Assembly (NCBI GenBank): GCA_965223005.1
Contig: CBDCVK010000010.1
Coordinates: 1,280,001 to 1,344,000, forward strand
Length of the DNA: 64,000 nucleotides
Source: Terriglobia bacterium
GTDB lineage: Bacteria > Acidobacteriota > Terriglobia > JAJPHL01 > JAPKYU01
Reading direction: 5' to 3'
Every line of letters begins with the position of its first letter. The first letter of the stretch is position 1. This document shows positions 28,973 through 40,312 of this stretch, piece after piece. The position numbers were made by a program, and so were the translations under genes. The notes under the pieces were generated by a model. It saw only the letters and a program-made list of their open reading frames with translations. It searched no databases and had not been told where the DNA came from.

Positions 28973-29093
28973 TTGTTCTTTTTCCTTCCCTAAAGCCACG
29001 CAACGGCTTTACGCGAATGTGCAAGTCTGTTCCTCGCCAGCACGGCCATTGCTGCCCCCAACGCGCAGGCGAGCCTTCCCTGGCCGCCGCCAG

Positions 29094-29726
29094 CTATTTG
29101 GAATACAGCTCGACGATCAACTGTTCCTGCAATGGCAGGGCGATGTCCTCCCGGCGCGGCAGCGAAACCACGCGGGTGCGAAAGTTCTCACGGTCGACTT
29201 CCAGCCAGGGCGGCGCCAGCTGGTGGGCGGTGAGTTCACGAGCCTCCAAGAGGTTCTTCAATTCGCGGTGCCCTTCCCGAACCTCCACCACATCCCCTGC
29301 TTTCACCAAGTAAGAAGGGATGTTCACCTTGCGGCTATTGACCTGGATGTGGCCGTGGAGGACCACCTGGCGGGCTTGCGCTCGCGAGCTGCCTAATCCT
29401 ATCCGGTGCACGACGTTGTCCAGCCGTCGCTCCAGTAACTGGAGCAGATTCTCGCCGGTTACGCCCTTCATGTCGGCGGCCTTGTCAAAATAGTTGCGGA
29501 ACTGCCGCTCCAGGATTCCGTACATACGGCGGACCTTCTGCTTTTCCCGCAATTGCAGGCCGTAGCCGACAATCTTCTTTGGCCGGCGACTCTTGCCGTG
29601 CGCTCCGGGGACGAAGTTACGCCGCTCAATCTCGCACTTGTCGGTGTAGCACTTGGTACCCTTCAGGAAAAGCTTCATTCCTTCTCGACGGCACAGCCTG
29701 CACATCGGTCCTCGTTGTCTGGCCAA
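29094..29726 (-). CDS. rpsD: 30S ribosomal protein S4 (Zn-type)
   Basis: [24 protein letters not shown] and IVELYSK; TTG start. Confidence 0.98.
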   Translation of the reverse strand: MARQRGPMCRLCRREGMKLFLKGTKCYTDKCEIERRNFVPGAHGKSRRPKKIVGYGLQLREKQKVRRMYGILERQFRNYFDKAADMKGVTGENLLQLLERRLDNVVHRIGLGSSRAQARQVVLHGHIQVNSRKVNIPSYLVKAGDVVEVREGHRELKNLLEARELTAHQLAPPWLEVDRENFRTRVVSLPRREDIALPLQEQLIVELYSK

Positions 29727-29786
29727 CTTGCTTTACCTCCCTCCCTGCACGGGCTCGTCTTCTCTCCCTGGCTTCCCCCGGCCCGC

Positions 29787-30194
29787 TCAGACGCGCCGAC
29801 GCTTGGGCGGACGGCAACCGTTGTGTGGGATCGGGGTGACGTCCTTGATATGGTTCACATGTAACCCGGCGGTCGACAGGGCCCGGACGGCCGACTCTCG
29901 CCCGGAGCCGGGTCCCTTGACGCGCACATCCACCGAGCGCATCCCCACGTCCTTGGCGCCAGAGGCCGCTCTGATTGCTGCCTGCTGCGCGGCAAATGGC
30001 GTGCCCTTGCGCGACCCCCGGAAACCTAGCGCGCCGGCGCTGGACCAGGCCACTACGTTGCCGTCTTTGTCGGTGAAGGTGACCTTCGTGTTGTTGAAGG
30101 TGGCCTGGATGTGAACCACCCCCGTGGGAATCACCTTCTTTTCCCTCTTCTTGAACTGTTTCCTCTTGCGAGTCCCTGTTGGCGACTTTGCCAT
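29787..30194 (-). CDS. rpsK: 30S ribosomal protein S11
   Basis: [16 protein letters not shown] and [18 protein letters not shown]. Confidence 0.98.
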   Translation of the reverse strand: MAKSPTGTRKRKQFKKREKKVIPTGVVHIQATFNNTKVTFTDKDGNVVAWSSAGALGFRGSRKGTPFAAQQAAIRAASGAKDVGMRSVDVRVKGPGSGRESAVRALSTAGLHVNHIKDVTPIPHNGCRPPKRRRV

Positions 30195-30255
30195 GCTGAT
30201 CGTGTCCTCTCACCGCACCGAGTGCGAATTGCTCCGGGCGGATTTCCCTGCCCGC

Positions 30256-30642
30256 CTATGTCTTGGCAGTGGCCTTCCTCTTGGCGGCGATTGCGCCTCG
30301 GCGCGGCCCCTTCCGGGTCCGCGCGTTGGTATGGGTGCGCTGCCCGTGCACCGGAAGATTCCGACGGTGACGCTGCCCACGGTACGCCCCGACCTCGATA
30401 AGGCGCCGGACGTTCATGGTGATTTCCTTGTGCAAATCGCCTTCCACACCGCCTTCCTCCTCCAAGAGCTGGCGGATCCGGTTGATCTCCTCCTCATTCA
30501 GATCGCCTACTTTCTTGGCCGGGTCCACTTCCGCGCGATGCACAATGGAAAGCGCCCTCGACAGGCCAATTCCGTAAATGTAGGTCAGCCCGTACGGAAC
30601 CCGCTTCCCCCGGGGCAGATCCACTCCCGCAATGCGCGCCAT
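30256..30642 (-). CDS. rpsM: 30S ribosomal protein S13
   Basis: [18 protein letters not shown] and [13 protein letters not shown]. Confidence 0.98.
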   Translation of the reverse strand: MARIAGVDLPRGKRVPYGLTYIYGIGLSRALSIVHRAEVDPAKKVGDLNEEEINRIRQLLEEEGGVEGDLHKEITMNVRRLIEVGAYRGQRHRRNLPVHGQRTHTNARTRKGPRRGAIAAKRKATAKT

Positions 30643-30698
30643 ACCACCCTTCCTTCCTCGAGCAGCGCCTGGATTGCCACAGCGCCTAGTGGCCAGCT

Positions 30699-30812
30699 TC
30701 AACCTTGCCGCTGCTTGTGTTTCGGATTCTCGCAGATCACCCGCACCACCCCATGGCGGCGAATAATCTTGCACTTGTCACACATCTTGCGTACCGAAGC
30801 GCGTACCTTCAT
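30699..30812 (-). CDS. rpmJ: 50S ribosomal protein L36 (Zn-type)
   Basis: Manual translation [37 protein letters not shown]; below the ORF-track size cutoff. Confidence 0.97.
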   Translation of the reverse strand: MKVRASVRKMCDKCKIIRRHGVVRVICENPKHKQRQG

Positions 30813-30892
30813 GCTTCCTCACAAACGGAGATTTCATAGCGCCCTGAGGCGCGCGCGACGCTGTGGCTGGCTTTCCCCAGCCATCGGCGCCT

Positions 30893-31114
30893 CTACATCT
30901 CCTTGCATACGATGCGCCCACGGGCCGAATCCAGCGGCGACGGCTCCACCCGGACTCGGTCCCCCGGAAGCAGACGAACAAAGTTTTTGCGCAACTTCCC
31001 GGCCACGTGGCAAAGGAGTCGCCTGCGGTCCTCAAGCGCGACGCGGAACAGCAGACGGGGTAGTTGCTCCACCACTGTAGCGGCCACCTCCTGCGCGAGT
31101 TTGGGCCGACTCAT
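30893..31114 (-). CDS. infA: Translation initiation factor IF-1, divergent
   Basis: VVEQLP..FRV..HVAGKLRKNFVRLLPGDRVRVE.SP.D..RGRI; map-infA-rpmJ position. Confidence 0.85.
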   Translation of the reverse strand: MSRPKLAQEVAATVVEQLPRLLFRVALEDRRRLLCHVAGKLRKNFVRLLPGDRVRVEPSPLDSARGRIVCKEM

Positions 31115-31127
31115 GCAGCATTCCTCG

Positions 31128-31877
31128 CTAGGGGCGCGTCAGGACCCAAGGACCATTGCCGGTCACCGCCACGGTATGCTCAAAATGGGCGGAATAGCCT
31201 CCGTCGGCGGTCACCGCCGTCCACCGGTCCTGCAACACCTGAGCTTCGCCGGAGCCGGTATTGACCATCGGCTCGATGGCCATCACCATGCCCTCGCGTA
31301 GGCGCGGCCCCTCGCCCGGGCTGCCGAAGTTGGGCACCTGGGGATCTTCGTGCAACTTCCGGCCGATGCCGTGACCGACAAAATCACGCACCACCGAATA
31401 GCCGTGCGCTTCCACGTGTTTCTGCACTGCCGAGCAAACATCCCCCAGCCGGTTTCCCACACGGACCTGGTGAATCGCCAGATCCAAAGATTCCCGGGTG
31501 ACCCTCAGCAACCGTTCCAGGTCGGGGGAAATCGGACCCACCGGGATAGTCACCGCCGAATCCCCGTAATAGCCATCCAGTTCCACTCCGATATCCACCT
31601 TGAGGATATCGCCCTCATGCAATGAGCGGTCGCGTGATGGGATTCCGTGCACGATCTCGTTGTTAATCGAGGTACACAGCACACAAGGGTAGCCATAGTA
31701 GCCTTTGAATGCCGCCCGTGCGCCGGCCTCCTGGATCCTCCGTTCCGCCGTACGTTCCAGCTCCGCCGTCGAGACCCCCGGCTGAACCATCTCCCTCAGT
31801 TCCCCGAGAATCTGCCCGACTAACAAGCCGCTGCGGCGCATCTTTTCCAGTTCCGCCGCTGACTTGCAAAGAATCAT
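31128..31877 (-). CDS. map: Methionine aminopeptidase type I
   Basis: SINNEIVHGIP, DGYYGDSA, GHGIGRKLHEDP, AIEPM and SAHFEHT. Confidence 0.97.
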   Translation of the reverse strand: MILCKSAAELEKMRRSGLLVGQILGELREMVQPGVSTAELERTAERRIQEAGARAAFKGYYGYPCVLCTSINNEIVHGIPSRDRSLHEGDILKVDIGVELDGYYGDSAVTIPVGPISPDLERLLRVTRESLDLAIHQVRVGNRLGDVCSAVQKHVEAHGYSVVRDFVGHGIGRKLHEDPQVPNFGSPGEGPRLREGMVMAIEPMVNTGSGEAQVLQDRWTAVTADGGYSAHFEHTVAVTGNGPWVLTRP

Positions 31878-32605
31878 CGCGCGCCGGTACAGCCTGCGCG
31901 TTCCAGGATTCGAAACAGCGCGTCGCTGATGGTCGCCGGGTCCGGATTGGCGTCTACTTCAAAGAAGCTGCTCCGCCCGCGATAAAAATCCACCAACGGC
32001 CGGGTCATCGCCTCGTAGGCCGCCAAGCGCTCACGCCTCACATGCTCCTGATCATCAGGCCGCTGGACCAGTGCGGTGCCGTCCCAGTCACAGGATCCTT
32101 CACGCGCCGGAGGTTGCAGAAACACGTTATAGGTTCTGCCGCACTGAGGGCAGGTACGGCGGCCCGTGAGTCGTTCAATCAATCTACTGTACTCCACCAG
32201 CATATGAATGACAATCGGTCCCTGGCGCGCCTCACCCAGCATCTGGTCCAAAGCCCGTGCCTGAGCCACTGTCCTGGGAAAGCCGTCCAGCACCCAGCCG
32301 GTTGCGCAATCCTTCTGGGCCAGACGCTCGGCGACCATCGCATTCACCAGTTCGTCGGACACCAGATCCCCGGCTGCCACAATGGCGCTGGCTTGCTGTC
32401 CCCTACTGGTGTTCCGCTCCAGTTCGTCGCGCAGCATGTCGCCGGTGGCGAGGTGGGGTACACCCACCCGCTGGGCCACGGCCACGGCCTGAGTTCCCTT
32501 GCCCGCCCCCGGCGGACCCAGGAAAACCACTGTCCGACAAGCATTCGGTTGCGACCCGCTGCCGGTCCCCAAACCTGGATCTGGAATCGCCATGGCTGAG
32601 CTCAC
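31874..32605 (-). CDS. adk: Adenylate kinase
   Basis: LGPPGAGKGTQA, TGDMLR, LDGFPRT and LID CPQC..CDWD; start may be 32593. Confidence 0.96.
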   Translation of the reverse strand: MSSAMAIPDPGLGTGSGSQPNACRTVVFLGPPGAGKGTQAVAVAQRVGVPHLATGDMLRDELERNTSRGQQASAIVAAGDLVSDELVNAMVAERLAQKDCATGWVLDGFPRTVAQARALDQMLGEARQGPIVIHMLVEYSRLIERLTGRRTCPQCGRTYNVFLQPPAREGSCDWDGTALVQRPDDQEHVRRERLAAYEAMTRPLVDFYRGRSSFFEVDANPDPATISDALFRILERAGCTGAR

Positions 32606-34026
32606 CCTCGCCGCCCCCGGATCCGCCCGCTCCTGGGTGCAAACCCTTCGTAATGGCGCATGATCAACTGCGCCTCCACTTGGTTGACCGTGTCCATGGC
32701 CACCCCGACCACAATCAGCAGCGATGTTCCTCCAAAGTAAAAGGTCACGCCCAGCCCTTGCAGAATTAACGTGTGGAAGTTCTCGTCAAACCACGGGCCG
32801 ATCCAGGGCAGGTGGTGAAGTCGGATGCCCCCGATCATGAAATCCGGGATCAGCGAGATCAGCGCCAGATACAGACCCCCCACAAAGGTCAGGTGGGTCA
32901 GGATGCGGTTCAGATACTCGGCGGTGTGCTTACCCGGACGGATGCCGGGAATGAAGCCGCCGTATTTGCGCATGTTGTCGGCCACTTCGGTCGGGTTGAA
33001 GATGATGGAGACGTAAAAGTAAGAAAAGAAGAGAATCCCGACGCCGTACAGCAGGGTATACAGCGGCTCGTTCCACTGCATGGCCTCAAACAACCTCGCG
33101 AATCCGCCGACAATCTGCTTGACCATCGGGGATTCGATTTCCCGGGGGTCGACCAAGAGCCCCAAAGTCTGCGGGAAGGCCAGCACCGAGCTGGCAAAGA
33201 TGACCGGGATCACGCCGCCAGTATTGACTTTCAGCGGCATGTGGGTGGACTGCCCACCCATGACGCGGCGCCCGACCACTCGCCGGGCGTACTGTACCGG
33301 AATGCGCCGCTCACCGCGCTCCACCAGAACGATGAAGGCCACGATCATTACCATCACTCCCACTAACACCAGCGCCTGCAGGAGGCTCCACTCCTTGGTC
33401 ACCACCACCTTCTCGAAAAGCTCCAGGATTGCGGACGGCAGGCCAACGACGATGCCAGCAAAGATAATCAGCGACATTCCGTTGCCGATGCCGCGGGCGG
33501 AGATCTGCTCACCCAGCCACATGATGAACGCCGTCCCAGTGGTCAGCGTGATCACGGTCATCACGACAAAGCCGGGGCCAGGGTCGATGACAAAGCCCTG
33601 CGGGGCGCCGGGCGAGGGGCGCTGCAACGTCACGGCGATGCCGAAGGACTGCACCATCGCCAACAGCACCGTCAGGTAGCGCGTATACTGTGTGATCTTG
33701 CGCCGCCCCAGCTCCCCTTCCTTCTGCAGCTTCTCCAGATAAGGCCAGACCACGGTCAGCAGCTGCAGGATAATGGAGGAGGTGATGTAGGGCATGATGC
33801 CCAGGGCAAAGATGGTGAGCCGGCGGAAGTTCCCCCCGCTGAAAACGTCCAGGAAGCCGAAGATGGTGCCGCGATTCTGCTCGAAGAACTGCTCCAGCAT
33901 CTGCCAATTGACGCCCGGCGTAGGAATGTGGGCGCCAATGCGGTAGACGGCCAGCAGCGCCAGGGTGAACAAGACACGCCGCCGCAGCTCGGGAATGATG
34001 AAGATGTTCTGGATTGATCGAAGCAT
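32602..34026 (-). CDS. secY: Preprotein translocase SecY
   Basis: IFALGIMPYITSSII, GIGNGMSLIIF, GVIPVIFASS, IPGIRPG and GGTSLLIVVGV. Confidence 0.98.
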   Translation of the reverse strand: MLRSIQNIFIIPELRRRVLFTLALLAVYRIGAHIPTPGVNWQMLEQFFEQNRGTIFGFLDVFSGGNFRRLTIFALGIMPYITSSIILQLLTVVWPYLEKLQKEGELGRRKITQYTRYLTVLLAMVQSFGIAVTLQRPSPGAPQGFVIDPGPGFVVMTVITLTTGTAFIMWLGEQISARGIGNGMSLIIFAGIVVGLPSAILELFEKVVVTKEWSLLQALVLVGVMVMIVAFIVLVERGERRIPVQYARRVVGRRVMGGQSTHMPLKVNTGGVIPVIFASSVLAFPQTLGLLVDPREIESPMVKQIVGGFARLFEAMQWNEPLYTLLYGVGILFFSYFYVSIIFNPTEVADNMRKYGGFIPGIRPGKHTAEYLNRILTHLTFVGGLYLALISLIPDFMIGGIRLHHLPWIGPWFDENFHTLILQGLGVTFYFGGTSLLIVVGVAMDTVNQVEAQLIMRHYEGFAPRSGRIRGRRG

Positions 34027-34041
34027 GCCTTCCGCCCGGGC

Positions 34042-34491
34042 CTACTCTGCCGGAATCACCTCCGCCCGGCCGCCTGCGGCTTCAATCTTCTGCTGGGCAC
34101 TGGCGCTGAAATGGTGCGCGCGGACGATGACTGCGCGCCCAAGCTCTCCCTGGCCCAGCACACGAAGACCGTCGCGGAGCCGACGGATGACGCCGCGCTT
34201 CAGCAATAGATCCGGGGTAATGGTCTCGGCATCTGCCACCCTGCCCAGAGCCTCCAGGTTGATCACTGCAAACCGCTTCTTGAACAGATTGTGAAACCCG
34301 CGCTTCGGCACGCGCCGGTGCAGCGGCATCTGGCCGCCCTCGAAACCCCTCTTCTGGCTGTAGCCGCTGCGCGAGCGCTGCCCCTTCTCGCCCCGGCCAG
34401 CCGTCTTGCCCAGGCCCGATCCCATGCCGCGGCCTACCCGTTTCGGTTTTCGAACCTGCCCCCTGGGCGGCCGCAACTGACTAAGATTCAT
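34042..34491 (-). CDS. rplO: 50S ribosomal protein L15
   Basis: [17 protein letters not shown] and FEGGQMPL. Confidence 0.98.
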   Translation of the reverse strand: MNLSQLRPPRGQVRKPKRVGRGMGSGLGKTAGRGEKGQRSRSGYSQKRGFEGGQMPLHRRVPKRGFHNLFKKRFAVINLEALGRVADAETITPDLLLKRGVIRRLRDGLRVLGQGELGRAVIVRAHHFSASAQQKIEAAGGRAEVIPAE

Positions 34492-34693
34492 GTCCCTGCT
34501 CCAGCACTTCCACCAGATGCTGCACCTTGAAGATCATGCCACGCACGCCGGGCGTATCCGCACGCTCGACCACTTGGTGTAGGCGCCTGAACCCCAGACC
34601 CCGCAAAACTTCCCTCTGCTTCCGCGGACAACCAACGCCGCTGCGGATTTGCCGAATCTGGATCTTGTTGGTTTTCGCCCTCTTCTTAGCCAT
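34481..34693 (-). CDS. rpmD: 50S ribosomal protein L30
   Basis: [22 protein letters not shown]; position in spc operon. Confidence 0.93.
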   Translation of the reverse strand: MAKKRAKTNKIQIRQIRSGVGCPRKQREVLRGLGFRRLHQVVERADTPGVRGMIFKVQHLVEVLEQGHES

Positions 34694-34718
34694 TTCCTGT
34701 CATACCAACCCCGCGCCC

Positions 34719-35228
34719 CTACAAATCCTCAACCGCCTTGCCGCGCGCTCGTGCCACTTCCTCGCGGTCCCGTAGTTGGCCTAGCGCATCCATGGTGGCC
34801 TTGATGACGTTATACGGGTTGGCCGAGCGGATGGACTTGGTTAACACGTTGGCAATTCCCGCAGCCTGGATGACCGCGCGCACGGGACCACCGGCAATCA
34901 CTCCGGTGCCTTCCGACGCCGGTTTCAGTAATACCAGCCCCGCACCGAAGCGGCCCAACACCGCGTGGGGAATGGTCGTCTTCACCATGTGCACCTTCGT
35001 CAGGTTCTTCTTGGCAGCCTCGATCCCTTTGCGAATTGCTGCCGGCACCTCGCGGGCTTTACCGGTGCCATAGCCGACAATGTTCTGCTCGGGATCGCCG
35101 ATCACCACCAGAGCGCGAAAACTCAGATTCTTTCCGCCCTTGACCACCTTGGTCACCCGATTGATGGAGACGACCTGGTCTTTCAGGTTCAGCGACGCCG
35201 GGTCGATACGTTTCACGCCAGTCACCAT
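34719..35228 (-). CDS. rpsE: 30S ribosomal protein S5
   Basis: [18 protein letters not shown] and GTGVIAGG. Confidence 0.98.
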   Translation of the reverse strand: MVTGVKRIDPASLNLKDQVVSINRVTKVVKGGKNLSFRALVVIGDPEQNIVGYGTGKAREVPAAIRKGIEAAKKNLTKVHMVKTTIPHAVLGRFGAGLVLLKPASEGTGVIAGGPVRAVIQAAGIANVLTKSIRSANPYNVIKATMDALGQLRDREEVARARGKAVEDL

Positions 35229-35308
35229 CGAATCCGTTTCCTTCCTCAGGAGCCCGCAGCTCCCTGCCTGGGGCGCACCCGCGCCTCCAGACACGGCCGT
35301 GCCACCGT

Positions 35309-35665
35309 TCAGAACGTCAGCCCGGCCTCGCGAGCGGCCTCGGCCAGAGCCTTGACCCGCCCGTGGTATTTGTAGCCGCCGCGATCGAAGACCACTCGGG
35401 CAATGCCCTTGGCAAGCGCCCGCTCGGCTACCAGCTTGCCCACATCCCGTGCGCCGGCAACGTTGCCGCCGTTGCCGCTGCCCTTCTCGAGCGAGCCGGC
35501 AGCCACCAAGGTGTGGCCCCGGCTGTCGTCGACCACCTGCGCGTAGATGTGTTTCAGCGAACGGAACACATTCAGCCGCGGGCGCGCGCTGCTGCCGCGC
35601 AGGCGCTTCCGCAGCCGCTGGTGAACCCTCTCCCGCGCCAGATTCCTGGAAACCCGCTCGATCAT
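35309..35665 (-). CDS. rplR: 50S ribosomal protein L18
   Basis: [14 protein letters not shown] and [13 protein letters not shown]. Confidence 0.98.
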   Translation of the reverse strand: MIERVSRNLARERVHQRLRKRLRGSSARPRLNVFRSLKHIYAQVVDDSRGHTLVAAGSLEKGSGNGGNVAGARDVGKLVAERALAKGIARVVFDRGGYKYHGRVKALAEAAREAGLTF

Positions 35666-35667
35666 CT

Positions 35668-36201
35668 TTACTTCGCGCCTGCTTTGCCTACTTTTTTCTT
35701 CAGCTTCTCTCCAACGTACCGTACACCTTTGTGCTTGTAAGGATCGGGTGGACGCAGGCGGCGGATGTTGGCAGCCACCTGGCCCACTTTCTGCTTGTCA
35801 ATCCCGCTGACAGCCAGCCGGGTTTGGCGCTCCACGGTGAGCTGGACGCCGTCCGGCAGGGGAAACTCGATCGGACGCGAATAGCCCAGGTTGAAGACGA
35901 CCACCCGGTCCTTGACTTCCGCACGATAGCCGATGCCGACAATCTCTAGGTCTTTCTGAAAGCCTGTGCTCACCCCGATGACCGCGTTGGCCAACAGGCT
36001 GCGAGCCAACCCGTGCATGGCGGCGTAGGAGTCGTCCTCGCGCTTCGCCAGCAGCGTCGAATCTTCGAGTTCGAACCGGATTCCTGGAGGCAGCGCCGTG
36101 TTCAGTTCTCCCTTCGGTCCTTCGACTAGGACGCTGCCGGCCTGCACCTGAACCCGCACGCCCTCGGGGATCGGGATGGGTTTGTTTCCTACGCGCGACA
36201 T
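35668..36201 (-). CDS. rplF: 50S ribosomal protein L6
   Basis: [15 protein letters not shown] and [13 protein letters not shown]. Confidence 0.98.
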   Translation of the reverse strand: MSRVGNKPIPIPEGVRVQVQAGSVLVEGPKGELNTALPPGIRFELEDSTLLAKREDDSYAAMHGLARSLLANAVIGVSTGFQKDLEIVGIGYRAEVKDRVVVFNLGYSRPIEFPLPDGVQLTVERQTRLAVSGIDKQKVGQVAANIRRLRPPDPYKHKGVRYVGEKLKKKVGKAGAK

Positions 36202-36262
36202 TGCCCTGTTCCTCGACCACCGGGCCAGGCACGTTTCCTTAGTCCCGTGTCCCGGCTGGCAA

Positions 36263-36661
36263 TTACCAGACTTCGCACAACACTTCTCCGCCGACGCCCT
36301 GATGGCGGGCAGCACGGCCGGTCATCACGCCGCGCGGCGTGGTCAGAATATTGATCCCCATCCCGCCCAAGACCCGCGGCACCTCTCGCCCGCCTACGTA
36401 CACACGCCGACCCGGACGCGAAACCCGCTGGATGGTGGAAATCACCGGTTGGTTCTCCGCGCCGTACTTCAACCGCACCTCCAGTCGCTTGTGCACACCT
36501 TCCTCGATCATCCGATAACCGGTGATGTACCCTTCTTCCTTTAGGACACGGGCCACCTCCAGCTTGAGCCCGGAGGCCGGCACCTCCACAGACTTGTGCC
36601 TGGACTGCAGCCCGTTGCGGATCCGCGTCAGGAAATCCCCAATGGAATCAGTTTGGCTCAT
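36263..36661 (-). CDS. rpsH: 30S ribosomal protein S8
   Basis: DFLTRIRNG, SRPGRRVY and GGEVLCEVW. Confidence 0.98.
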   Translation of the reverse strand: MSQTDSIGDFLTRIRNGLQSRHKSVEVPASGLKLEVARVLKEEGYITGYRMIEEGVHKRLEVRLKYGAENQPVISTIQRVSRPGRRVYVGGREVPRVLGGMGINILTTPRGVMTGRAARHQGVGGEVLCEVW

Positions 36662-36667
36662 ACTCTT

Positions 36668-36853
36668 TTACCAGCTCGATTTGGCCACCCCGGGAATCTC
36701 GCCCTGGAGGGCGAGACTGCGAAAGTGCAGCCTGCAAATCTGGAACTTCCGCAGGTAGCCGCGGGGGCGGCCGCACAAGCGGCACCGGTTGCGGTGCCGC
36801 GTCCGGAACTTCGGTTTCCTCAGGTCCTTTGAGATCTTGGCGGTGGTTGCCAT
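36668..36853 (-). CDS. rpsN: 30S ribosomal protein S14, short Zn type
   Basis: [26 protein letters not shown]. Confidence 0.97.
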   Translation of the reverse strand: MATTAKISKDLRKPKFRTRHRNRCRLCGRPRGYLRKFQICRLHFRSLALQGEIPGVAKSSW

Positions 36854-36876
36854 TTTGTGTCCTCGGCCATCTCGAT

Positions 36877-37422
36877 TCAGCTACTGCGAAACGGCATGCC
36901 CATGTGACGCAGCAGCGCCCGTCCTTCTTCGTCGCTGCGCGCGGTGGTCACAATGGTGACGTTCATCCCTCTGATTTTGTCCACCTTGGCGTAGTCAATT
37001 TCGGGGAAGACAAGCTGGTCCTGGAGCCCCAGAGTGTAGTTTCCCCGCCCATCAAAGGAGCGCATGGACACGCCTCGAAAGTCGCGGACGCGGGGCAGGG
37101 CGACGTTCACCAGCCGGTCGAGGAACTCGTACATGCGATCGCCGCGCAGCGTCACGGAGGCGCCGATGGGCATGCCGGCTCGCAGGCGGAATGTGGCGAT
37201 GGACTTTCTGGCCCTTGTCACGATTGGTTTCTGGCCCGTGATCTGCTTCAGTTCTACCGACGCACCGTCCAGCAGCTTGATGTTCTGAGTTGCTTCGCCG
37301 ACCCCCACATTCACCACGATCTTTTCCAGTCGCGGGACTGCCATCGAGTTCGTGTAGTTGAACTCCTTTTGCAGCGCCGGGATGACCTGCTTCTGGAACC
37401 GCTGTTTAAGTCTGCTGGGCAT
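36877..37422 (-). CDS. rplE: 50S ribosomal protein L5
   Basis: [25 protein letters not shown] and FDGRGNY. Confidence 0.98.
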   Translation of the reverse strand: MPSRLKQRFQKQVIPALQKEFNYTNSMAVPRLEKIVVNVGVGEATQNIKLLDGASVELKQITGQKPIVTRARKSIATFRLRAGMPIGASVTLRGDRMYEFLDRLVNVALPRVRDFRGVSMRSFDGRGNYTLGLQDQLVFPEIDYAKVDKIRGMNVTIVTTARSDEEGRALLRHMGMPFRSS

Positions 37423-37434
37423 TGGGCTCAGCCT

Positions 37435-37773
37435 CTATTTCTCCATGACGGTGGCGCACTTGCGGCAGATGCGTACGGCGCGCAGCCGCCGCCCCTGCTG
37501 GTCCCGCTCCTCGCGGAATCCGACTCGACGCGGGGCATTGCAGGTAGGACACACCAGTTGCACATTGGAGATGGCAATGGAAGCCTCCCGCTCGGCAATC
37601 CCGCCCTTGATCTGTTTAGCGGGATTGGGCCGCGTATGCTTCTTCACCATCATGACATGCTCCACCAGCACCCGGTGCTTATCGGGGAGGATCTGCAGCA
37701 CGCGGCCGACCTTGCCTTTGTCGCGTCCGCTGATGACCTTCACCGTGTCCTCCCTGCGGATAATGGCCGGCAT
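37435..37773 (-). CDS. rplX: 50S ribosomal protein L24
   Basis: DTVKVISGRDKGKVG and GGIAEREA..SNV. Confidence 0.97.
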   Translation of the reverse strand: MPAIIRREDTVKVISGRDKGKVGRVLQILPDKHRVLVEHVMMVKKHTRPNPAKQIKGGIAEREASIAISNVQLVCPTCNAPRRVGFREERDQQGRRLRAVRICRKCATVMEK

Positions 37774-38141
37774 CAGAGCACCTCCGGCGCCAGCGAAACA
37801 ATCTTGGCAAACTTCTTCTCGCGGAGCTCGCGGGCCACCGGCCCGAAAACGCGCGTGCCAATCGGCTCATGAACATCGTTGATCAGCACCGCTGCGTTCT
37901 CGTCAAAGCGGATGTAGGTGCCATCCCGGCGGCGATGTTCCTTGCGCATGCGCACCACCACAGCTTTAACGACGCTGCCCTTCTTGATATTGCTAGCCGG
38001 GGCCGCCTCTTTCACCGATGCCGTAATCACCTCTCCCAGCCCGGCCCGGCTGCCCACGGATCCTCCCAAGGGCAAGATGCAAGAGATTCTCCGTGCGCCG
38101 GAATTGTCGGCCACCTGAAGCATGGTTCGCATGCCGATCAT
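37773..38141 (-). CDS. rplN: 50S ribosomal protein L14
   Basis: [16 protein letters not shown] and [12 protein letters not shown]. Confidence 0.98.
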   Translation of the reverse strand: MIGMRTMLQVADNSGARRISCILPLGGSVGSRAGLGEVITASVKEAAPASNIKKGSVVKAVVVRMRKEHRRRDGTYIRFDENAAVLINDVHEPIGTRVFGPVARELREKKFAKIVSLAPEVL

Positions 38142-38527
38142 TGCTCAGATTCCTCTGCGGCCGGCTCCGGGATTTCGGGGCCAACCGGCAGCTCGGCCGG
38201 CTCAACTAAGCCCACTCCCCTGGCTCGCCTCAGCACCTCAGCCAGCCGCCAGCGCTTCAGGCGGCTGAGCGGTCGCGATTCGACGATCCGCACCACGTCC
38301 CCTACCTGGCACTGGTTTCGCTCATCGTGGGCGTAAAACTTCTTCTTACGCTGAACGACGCGCCGGTACAGCGGGTGTGGCACGCGGCGGCTGACTTCAA
38401 CCACAATGGTCTTGTCCATCCGGGAGCTGACCACCCGGCCAATCTTTTCCTGTCGCGTCTTGTTCTTGCCAACTGTCTGGCCTTTCCCAACTGCCTGCTC
38501 AGGTGGTGGTTGCCTCTGTTCTGACAT
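38138..38527 (-). CDS. rpsQ: 30S ribosomal protein S17 with N- and C-terminal extensions
   Basis: [15 protein letters not shown] and [11 protein letters not shown]. Confidence 0.96.
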   Translation of the reverse strand: MSEQRQPPPEQAVGKGQTVGKNKTRQEKIGRVVSSRMDKTIVVEVSRRVPHPLYRRVVQRKKKFYAHDERNQCQVGDVVRIVESRPLSRLKRWRLAEVLRRARGVGLVEPAELPVGPEIPEPAAEESEQ

Positions 38528-38536
38528 GGTTGATAC

Positions 38537-38740
38537 TCAGCGTTCCTGCGCCTGCAACTCGCGCTGCCGCAGCAGCGTCTTGACCCGGGCCAGGTCCTTC
38601 TTCACGGCGCGCAGTTTGCGCAGTCCCTCGGCCTGGCCGGTGGCTGCCTGAAAGCGTAGGCGGAAAATCTGTTCGGCCATCTCGCGCTCCTGCAAGCGCA
38701 ACTCGTCGGAGGAAAGTTCGTGCAATCGGCGCCCCTTCAT
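38537..38740 (-). CDS. rpmC: 50S ribosomal protein L29
   Basis: [20 protein letters not shown]. Confidence 0.95.
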   Translation of the reverse strand: MKGRRLHELSSDELRLQEREMAEQIFRLRFQAATGQAEGLRKLRAVKKDLARVKTLLRQRELQAQER

Positions 38741-39180
38741 GGACCGGCCCCGGCGGCCGTTCCGGCGCTGCGGTCGGGCCGCGATACGAACTTCGTCAGG
38801 ATCGGCAACTTGTGGGCGGCCAGCCGCATCGCTTCGCGCGCGGTCGCCTCCGGCACGCCCTCCATCTCAAACAGGATTCGGCCTGGCTTCACTACGGCCA
38901 CCCAGTGGTCGGGATTGCCTTTGCCCTTGCCCATGCGGGTCTCCGCCGGCTTGCGAGTGACCGGCTTATCGGGGAACAGGCGGGGCCAGATCTTGCCGCC
39001 ACGTTTGATGAAGTGAGTCATGGCTACGCGCGACGCTTCGATCTGCCGGTCGGTGATCCATGCTGGCTCCAGCGCCTTCAGACCGTAATCGCCAAAGGAG
39101 AGCTCGCCGCCCCGCCACGCTTTGCCCGTCATTCGCCCGCGTTGCTGCTTGCGGTATTTCACCTTCTTGGGCATCAACAT
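38737..39180 (-). CDS. rplP: 50S ribosomal protein L16
   Basis: [15 protein letters not shown] and ETRMGKGKG. Confidence 0.98.
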   Translation of the reverse strand: MLMPKKVKYRKQQRGRMTGKAWRGGELSFGDYGLKALEPAWITDRQIEASRVAMTHFIKRGGKIWPRLFPDKPVTRKPAETRMGKGKGNPDHWVAVVKPGRILFEMEGVPEATAREAMRLAAHKLPILTKFVSRPDRSAGTAAGAGP

Positions 39181-39198
39181 CGTTTCTTCCCTGTTCTG

Positions 39199-39864
39199 CT
39201 AGGAAGCGCGCACACCCAGCTGCCCCTGGCGCGCCCGGGCATCCAGAATCTCTCCCTTGTAGATCCAGACCTTGACTCCGATCACGCCGTAGGTGGTGTA
39301 GGCCTGGGCAAACCCGTACTCGATATCGGCGCGCAGCGTGTGCAGAGGCAGTTGTCCCTGCAGGTACCACTCGGTACGAGCGATCTCTGCGCCGTTCAAC
39401 CTCCCGGAGACCCGCACCTTGATTCCCTTACACCCAAAGCGGAGCGCCGAATCCACTGATTTGCGCATTGCCCGCCGAAAGGCCACCCGTTTCTCCAGTT
39501 GCAGCGCGACGGACCCGCTGACCAGTTGCGCGTCCAGCTCCGGCTTGGGAACCTCCTGGATGTCAATGTAGATCTCGCGCTGGGTGCGCTTCTGAACTTC
39601 CTGCTTCAACTTGTCAATCTCGGCGCCCTTGCGTCCAATGATGATGCCGGGCCGCGCGGTGCGGATGGTGATGCGCAGCTTGTTGCCGGGCCGGTCCACC
39701 TCAATCGAGCTAACCCCCGCAGATCTCGTACGATCTTTCAAGACCTCCTTCAGCTTCAGGTCTTCGTGCAGCAGGTTGGCGTAATCCTGCTTGGCGAACC
39801 ACCGCGAGCGCCACGGCTTGGTGAACCTCAGCCGAAATCCGTAAGGGTGAACCTTCTGTCCCAT
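39199..39864 (-). CDS. rpsC: 30S ribosomal protein S3
   Basis: [22 protein letters not shown] and [10 protein letters not shown]. Confidence 0.98.
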   Translation of the reverse strand: MGQKVHPYGFRLRFTKPWRSRWFAKQDYANLLHEDLKLKEVLKDRTRSAGVSSIEVDRPGNKLRITIRTARPGIIIGRKGAEIDKLKQEVQKRTQREIYIDIQEVPKPELDAQLVSGSVALQLEKRVAFRRAMRKSVDSALRFGCKGIKVRVSGRLNGAEIARTEWYLQGQLPLHTLRADIEYGFAQAYTTYGVIGVKVWIYKGEILDARARQGQLGVRAS

Positions 39865-39877
39865 TGTTCCTCTCTCC

Positions 39878-40222
39878 CTACTGCTTCTGGGCGACGTGGA
39901 CCACCAGGTGGGCCAAGCGCCGCTGGTAGCGGAAGGCCCGCCCCATGGGAGCCGCTCGGATCCGCTTCATGCGGGGCCCCTCGTTCACATAAGCCCGACT
40001 GACGTAGAGCGCATCCACGTCCACGTCCACGTCCTCCGATTTGTTCTCGGCGTTATGGATGGCCGAGCGCAGCACTTTTTCCACCTCATGCGCGACGCGC
40101 TTCTTGGTGAACCGCAGCACATCGAGGGCTTTGCCCGCCGGTAGGCCGCGGATCAGATCCACCACCAGTCGCGCCTTCTGCGGCGAGCAGCGAATGTACT
40201 TTGCTTCAGCCCTGGCTTCCAT
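39878..40222 (-). CDS. rplV: 50S ribosomal protein L22
   Basis: [21 protein letters not shown] and APMGRA. Confidence 0.97.
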   Translation of the reverse strand: MEARAEAKYIRCSPQKARLVVDLIRGLPAGKALDVLRFTKKRVAHEVEKVLRSAIHNAENKSEDVDVDVDALYVSRAYVNEGPRMKRIRAAPMGRAFRYQRRLAHLVVHVAQKQ

Positions 40223-40312
40223 CACCTGCTCCTGTTGCCCCAGGCGGCGAGCCGTTCCGGCCTCTCCGGTGCATCATCCACTTCCTGGACAGGTACAAAC
40301 GCGCCTTCCACG

